Source: an uncultured Cytophagales bacterium
Lineage (GTDB): Bacteria; Bacteroidota; Bacteroidia; Cytophagales; Cyclobacteriaceae
Length of the DNA: 64,000 bases
Direction of reading: 5' to 3'
Assembly: GCA_963832285.1 (NCBI GenBank)
Contig: CAWHTP010000007.1
Span: 43,998 to 107,997, forward strand
Part shown: positions 60,086-64,000 of the stretch, piece by piece
Layout of the letters: each line of letters starts with the position of its first letter
Position numbering within the stretch: the first letter of the stretch is position 1
Program-made: the position numbers and the translations under genes
The notes under the pieces: model-generated
The model's database searches: none
What the model was told of the DNA's origin: nothing
Seen by the model: the letters and a program-made list of their open reading frames with translations, nothing else

Positions 60086-60967
60086 TTAATCCACGTTTCG
60101 CTCTACGTACTTAATGATTTCTTTAGCAATATCCTTTTGAGTTGCATTTTCAATTCCTTCAAGGCCCGGTGATGAGTTTACTTCAAGTACTAATGGGCCG
60201 TTGGATGATTGTAGCATATCAACTCCTGCAACACCCAATCCCATGGCTTTGGTCGCTTTAATTGCTGTCAATTCTTCCTGATCGGATAATTCAATTACCG
60301 ATGCGCTTCCCCCTCTATGCAGATTGGACCTAAACTCACCTTCTTTCCCTTGTCTTTTCATTGCTCCAACAACTACGCCATCAACCACAAATGCTCTAAT
60401 ATCTGCACCACCGGCTTCCTTAATAAATTGCTGAGCAATTACTCTGGCATTAAGGCCATCAAATGCCTCCATTACCGAATTAGCAGCATTATTGGTTTCG
60501 GCCATTACAACACCTAAACCTTGAGTACCTTCTAACAATTTAATTATGAGTGGCGCCCCGCCAACACTTTTCACAACATGGTCGGCATGTTTTGAACTAT
60601 CGGCAAATGTAGTTTTAGGCAGCCCTACACCAGCTCTTGACAGTATTTGTAAACTTCTAAGTTTATCCCTTGATCTAACCAAAGCTTGCGATTCAACCGC
60701 AGAAAAAACTTTCATCATTTCAAATTGCCTAACTACAGCTGTCCCATAGAAAGTGACTGATGCTCCTATTCTGGGTATTACTGCATCAATACCTTCTAAA
60801 TGTTCACCGTTATAGAAGATTTTAGGGGCTTTTTTTTCTAATTCTATTATACACTTCAGATGATCAATTATCATCGCTTCGTGACCTCTTTTTTCGATTG
60901 CTTCTAAAAGTCGTTTAGTAGAATACAATTTAGGATTTCTTGACAGTACAGCTATTTTCATATTCAA
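60086..60967 (-). CDS. rimK: RimK-family alpha-L-glutamate ligase (ATP-grasp)
   Basis: [21 protein letters not shown].., [17 protein letters not shown] and [13 protein letters not shown] closely follow the RimK pattern. The start may be the third codon (60961). Confidence 0.9.
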   Translation of the reverse strand: MNMKIAVLSRNPKLYSTKRLLEAIEKRGHEAMIIDHLKCIIELEKKAPKIFYNGEHLEGIDAVIPRIGASVTFYGTAVVRQFEMMKVFSAVESQALVRSRDKLRSLQILSRAGVGLPKTTFADSSKHADHVVKSVGGAPLIIKLLEGTQGLGVVMAETNNAANSVMEAFDGLNARVIAQQFIKEAGGADIRAFVVDGVVVGAMKRQGKEGEFRSNLHRGGSASVIELSDQEELTAIKATKAMGLGVAGVDMLQSSNGPLVLEVNSSPGLEGIENATQKDIAKEIIKYVERNVD

Positions 60968-61059
60968 TATTTAATGTAAGTTGTTTACAAGATAAGCATA
61001 TTTCTGTTATTCAGTTTTTCCTTTTTTAATGAAATGCGTTGTTCGTTAAGAAACAAACT

Positions 61060-61700
61060 TTACAAGTTAAAGATTAGACTTTGTAGTAAATTAGCTTCTA
61101 AGCTTGTTGCTTGTTCCTTATTGCATTGCTTTAATCCAAATAGTTTATAACAAATGAGCCAACTCCTCTTTTCACTTGTTTTTTTCATCTCATGATGTAT
61201 AAGCCAAAACGTGAATAAATTCATGCAAAGGAACGAGTAAAAATGCAATGGCTAATACATAAAAAGTACGTATAATACCTTCTCCAAATGGTAGTTCATA
61301 ATTTTTATGTACAATAAATAGCGGATAGTTTGGATATGTCAAATTCAAGTTTCTATATTTGAGCATCATATCGGAAGTATCCGATTTATACAGAAGAGGT
61401 AAGAGATCAGGCTCTATGATCCTCTGGCAACCGCCAAAAAATGCGCAACGCATAAGGAAAGGTGCCAATTCCTGCCCAATGAAGGGACATATAAAACGGC
61501 AATGCTATGAAAAATCAAATAAAACACATTCGCACAACACAGCAATCAGAAAACTCTTTTCTTGTTGTCTCAATTCCTTGTAATCCTACAGTTCGCATGG
61601 CCGGCACTATTGCTTGTTGCAACTGCTGTTGTTGATTTTCATTAAATCATTCTCCCACAAGGCTCACTTCAATGTAGAGAAGCGTTGAATAGCCAGTCAT
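61060..61700 (-). pseudogene. possible degraded membrane metallopeptidase-like gene (HExxH), broken across at least three frames
   Basis: The minus-strand pieces are FFIALPFYMSLHWAGIGTF.., then ..IIRTFYVLAIAFLLVPLHEFIHVLAYTS*, then ..WLICYKLFGLKQ.. They lie in different frames and are separated by stops. The family guess (DUF3267-like) is weak. Confidence 0.3.
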
Positions 61701-61811
61701 AATTTTTTGATTGTCTTCAGGAGAACATCACAACATAATCTACTCATACTTACGAAAACCCCTTCTTTAAAAAAAGAAGATTCCAATTACAGAAAAGCAT
61801 ATCTATATAAA

Positions 61812-62984
61812 ATGTCGCAACATTTCGAAACACAAGCCATAAGAACACAAGCCGCTAAAAGCGGTAACAGAGAGCATTCGGTGCCGCTTTATCTTACATC
61901 TTCCTTCACTTTTGAAAATGCTGAGCAAGCTAAAGCATTGTTTAACGATGAAGAGGAAGGGAACATTTATTCACGCTTTTCTAATCCTAACAGCTCAGAG
62001 TTGATTGACAAGATTGCCCTGCTGGAAGGCGTAGAAGATGGTATTGCAACTGCCACCGGCATGGCAGCCATGTTTGGAAGTATGGCTGCACTTTTACGGC
62101 AGGGGGATCATATTTTGGCAGCCCGTTCTTTATTTGGCTCCACGCATCAGCTACTAACGCAGATTTTTCCACGCTGGGGCATCACACATACTTATGCGGA
62201 TATTAGCAGGACGCATGAATGGGAAAGCTTGATTAAGCCGGAAACGAAAATGATTTTTGTGGAAACTCCTTCAAACCCAGGGTTAGAAATTATTGACCTA
62301 GAATGGCTAGGGAAGTTGGCAAAAGCGAATAACCTCATTTTAGTGGTTGATAATTGCTTTGCCACACCGTACCTGCAGCAACCCGCAAAATGGGGAGCGC
62401 ATATTGTTACACACAGTGCTACCAAATTTATTGATGGACAAGGAAGAGTTTTGGGCGGCTTGATTATGGGCAGCAAGGAGTTAATTAAAGAGGTACGCTT
62501 TTTTAGCCGACATACAGGACCTGCTATTTCGCCATTTAATGCATGGATGCTATCCAAAAGCCTCGAAACATTGGTAGTTCGTATGGACAGACACTGCGAA
62601 AGTGCATTAAAAATTGCTGAATACCTTGAAGGACATTCAGACCTGGAAAGCGTTAAATATCCATTCCTGAAATCTCATCCGCAGCATGATTTGGCCAAAA
62701 AGCAAATGAAATTGGGCGGTGGCATCCTCACATTTATTGTAAAAGGCGGGGCAGAGAGAGCTAGCAAGTTTATCAATCAGTTGAAGACTATTTCTATCAC
62801 CTCCAATTTGGGCGATACACGGTCAATCGTTACTCATCCGGCCACCACCACGCATAGTAAACTCAGTGCTGAGGAAAGAAAAAATGTAGGAATTGCTGAC
62901 GGATTGATCAGGTTATCTGTAGGGCTAGAGCATATAAACGATATTATTGAAGATGTAGAACAAGCTTTAAAAGCATCGGAATAA
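61812..62984 (+). CDS. PLP-dependent O-succinyl/O-acetylhomoserine sulfhydrylase (MetZ/MetY trans-sulfuration family)
   Basis: MSQHFETQAIRTQ..REHSVPLYLTSSFTF.., GNIYSRFSNPN, and the PLP-lysine motif HSATKFIDGQG. The start was trimmed from 61707. Confidence 0.85.
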   Translation: MSQHFETQAIRTQAAKSGNREHSVPLYLTSSFTFENAEQAKALFNDEEEGNIYSRFSNPNSSELIDKIALLEGVEDGIATATGMAAMFGSMAALLRQGDHILAARSLFGSTHQLLTQIFPRWGITHTYADISRTHEWESLIKPETKMIFVETPSNPGLEIIDLEWLGKLAKANNLILVVDNCFATPYLQQPAKWGAHIVTHSATKFIDGQGRVLGGLIMGSKELIKEVRFFSRHTGPAISPFNAWMLSKSLETLVVRMDRHCESALKIAEYLEGHSDLESVKYPFLKSHPQHDLAKKQMKLGGGILTFIVKGGAERASKFINQLKTISITSNLGDTRSIVTHPATTTHSKLSAEERKNVGIADGLIRLSVGLEHINDIIEDVEQALKASE

Positions 62985-63053
62985 ATGAGATTTTATATAA
63001 AAATAATGTGCAATTGTATGCTTTGTTGTAAGGCCCCACCGGACGCTGCCTGA
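62985..63053 (+). CDS. candidate Cys-rich leader peptide MRFYIKIMCNCMLCCKAPPDAA
   Basis: The ATG directly abuts the upstream TAA (TAAATG). Codons 9-15 are TGC AAT TGT ATG CTT TGT TGT. The stop is TGA 63051..63053, 23 nt before the terminator stem. An alternative start is ATG 63006. Confidence 0.4.
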   Translation: MRFYIKIMCNCMLCCKAPPDAA

Positions 63054-63075
63054 TATAACTATACCCCAACTATAG

Positions 63076-63118
63076 TGCCTCTTGCAGAATCCACCATTCC
63101 GTAAGAGGCATTTTTTTT
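63076..63118 (+). terminator. strong intrinsic terminator (possible attenuator) upstream of sulfite reductase
   Basis: 15-position stem TGCCTCTTGCAGAAT / ATTCCGTAAGAGGCA (one A-C mismatch, one G-U pair) with loop CCACC, followed by T8. Confidence 0.75.
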
Positions 63119-63146
63119 ACCTGAACAATTTATAAAGACTACTAAT

Positions 63147-64000
63147 ATGACACAATTAACAGAAGATTTAAAGATAAGCAAGGCAGCTCGCAAAGACATT
63201 GCAGAGTTGGAAAATAAGATAGCGCTTTTCAGAAATGGACAAATAGCCGAGGAGAAATTTAAAGCCTATAGGTTAACTCGCGGGGTATACGGGCAACGGC
63301 AACAAGGTGTGCAGATGTTCCGGTTAAAAATTCCGGCCGGTAGAATTACCACAGATCAACTACGAACAGTTGCGGCATTGTCGGAACAGTACGCCACCGG
63401 TAATTTGCACCTCACTACTAGGCAAAACATTCAATTGCACCACGTAAAACTGGATGATTCACCAGCCATTTGGGCTGCTTTGGAAGCATCGGGCTTAACC
63501 GCCAGAGAGGCTTGTGGAAATACCGTGCGGAATATTACTGCCAGCCACAAGGCTGGCATCGATCCGCATGAGCCCTTTGATGTAACCCCCTATTTGGATG
63601 CGGTGTTCCGTTTTTTCCTTCGAAATCCTATCTGCCAGGAAATGGGTAGGAAGATAAAAATTGCTTTTTCCTCCAGTGAGAAAGATACCGCTTTTGCTTT
63701 TATCCACGACTTCGGGTTTATCCCGATAGCAAGGAAAACCGACAAAGGGGAAGAAAAAGGCTTCCGTGTGTTGGTGGGTGGCGGCTTGGGAGCGCAAACT
63801 ATATTGGCTCAGGAATTTTTCGATTTTCTGCCTGAAGACAGATTAATCAACTTCCTCGAAGCAGCCTTACGGGTATTTGACAGATATGGGGAGCGTGAAA
63901 AACGCATGAAAGCACGCCTTAAATTCTTGATTAAGAATATTGGTTTAGAAGAATTTAGAAGGTTAGTGGAGGAAGAGGAAAAAGTACTGCATCATAAGCC
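63147..64000 (+). CDS. sulfite/nitrite reductase hemoprotein (ferredoxin-type), N-terminal part; continues off the window
   Basis: My own translation gives MTQLTEDL...FKAYRLTRGVYGQRQQGVQMFRLKIPAGRITTDQLRTVAALSEQYATGNLHLTTRQNIQLHHV...REACGNTVRNITAS.., with no stop to the window end. This is why it is absent from the ORF track. Confidence 0.85.
   Translation, partial: MTQLTEDLKISKAARKDIAELENKIALFRNGQIAEEKFKAYRLTRGVYGQRQQGVQMFRLKIPAGRITTDQLRTVAALSEQYATGNLHLTTRQNIQLHHVKLDDSPAIWAALEASGLTAREACGNTVRNITASHKAGIDPHEPFDVTPYLDAVFRFFLRNPICQEMGRKIKIAFSSSEKDTAFAFIHDFGFIPIARKTDKGEEKGFRVLVGGGLGAQTILAQEFFDFLPEDRLINFLEAALRVFDRYGEREKRMKARLKFLIKNIGLEEFRRLVEEEEKVLHHK

Noticed and set aside
61469-61811. SAM riboswitch or Met leader upstream of the sulfhydrylase gene
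   Set aside because: By eye there is no SAM-I or SAM-II consensus and no Met-rich mini-ORF. The in-frame N-terminal extension (61707..61811) looks non-coding.
63495-63797. 100-aa minus-strand ORF
   Set aside because: It is antisense to the unambiguous sulfite reductase reading frame, which runs without stops from 63147 to the window end.

Overview
This window looks like chromosomal DNA from a Bacteroidota genome. The evidence is the T9SS/gliding protein SprA, a SusC/SusD pair, many CarboxypepD_reg-domain and lipoprotein-signal proteins, TAnnTTTG -7 boxes just upstream of start codons, and no obvious Shine-Dalgarno sequences. Most of it is densely packed housekeeping: sucC, a LolD-like ATPase, an ECF sigma/anti-sigma pair, dut, tatA, gatA, maeB, ruvA, sprA, gcvH, prmC, ribD, a PhoH/PIN ATPase, rimK, a MetZ/MetY-like enzyme and a sulfite reductase. 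Four things stand out. (1) A long minus-strand operon (58203..45434) combines a YnjB-like binding-protein-dependent ABC importer whose ATPase is fused to an IU-nucleoside hydrolase, an MtnK-like kinase, a radical SAM enzyme and two DUF2064 paralogs. A CAZyme-less SusC/SusD pair follows. I read this as a candidate uncharacterised pathway for a 5'-modified ribonucleoside, resembling arsenosugar biosynthesis or MTA salvage. (2) Between two convergent genes sits an exactly 207-bp-periodic array of three noncoding units (33079..33630). Each unit has the same nested stem architecture, which makes it a candidate structured ncRNA array. (3) A 22-codon mini-ORF with four Cys codons in seven (MRFYIKIMCNCMLCCKAPPDAA) starts immediately after the metZ/Y stop. 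A strong intrinsic terminator follows, just upstream of sulfite reductase, so this is a candidate cysteine-sensing leader. (4) Three otherwise intact genes (vWA protein, a small conserved protein, ribD) are split by single-base frame changes at short homopolymers. This points to assembly indels or, less likely, real pseudogenes. I found no rRNA, tRNA, CRISPR array or transposase. All family assignments come from reading the translations by eye; no searches were run.
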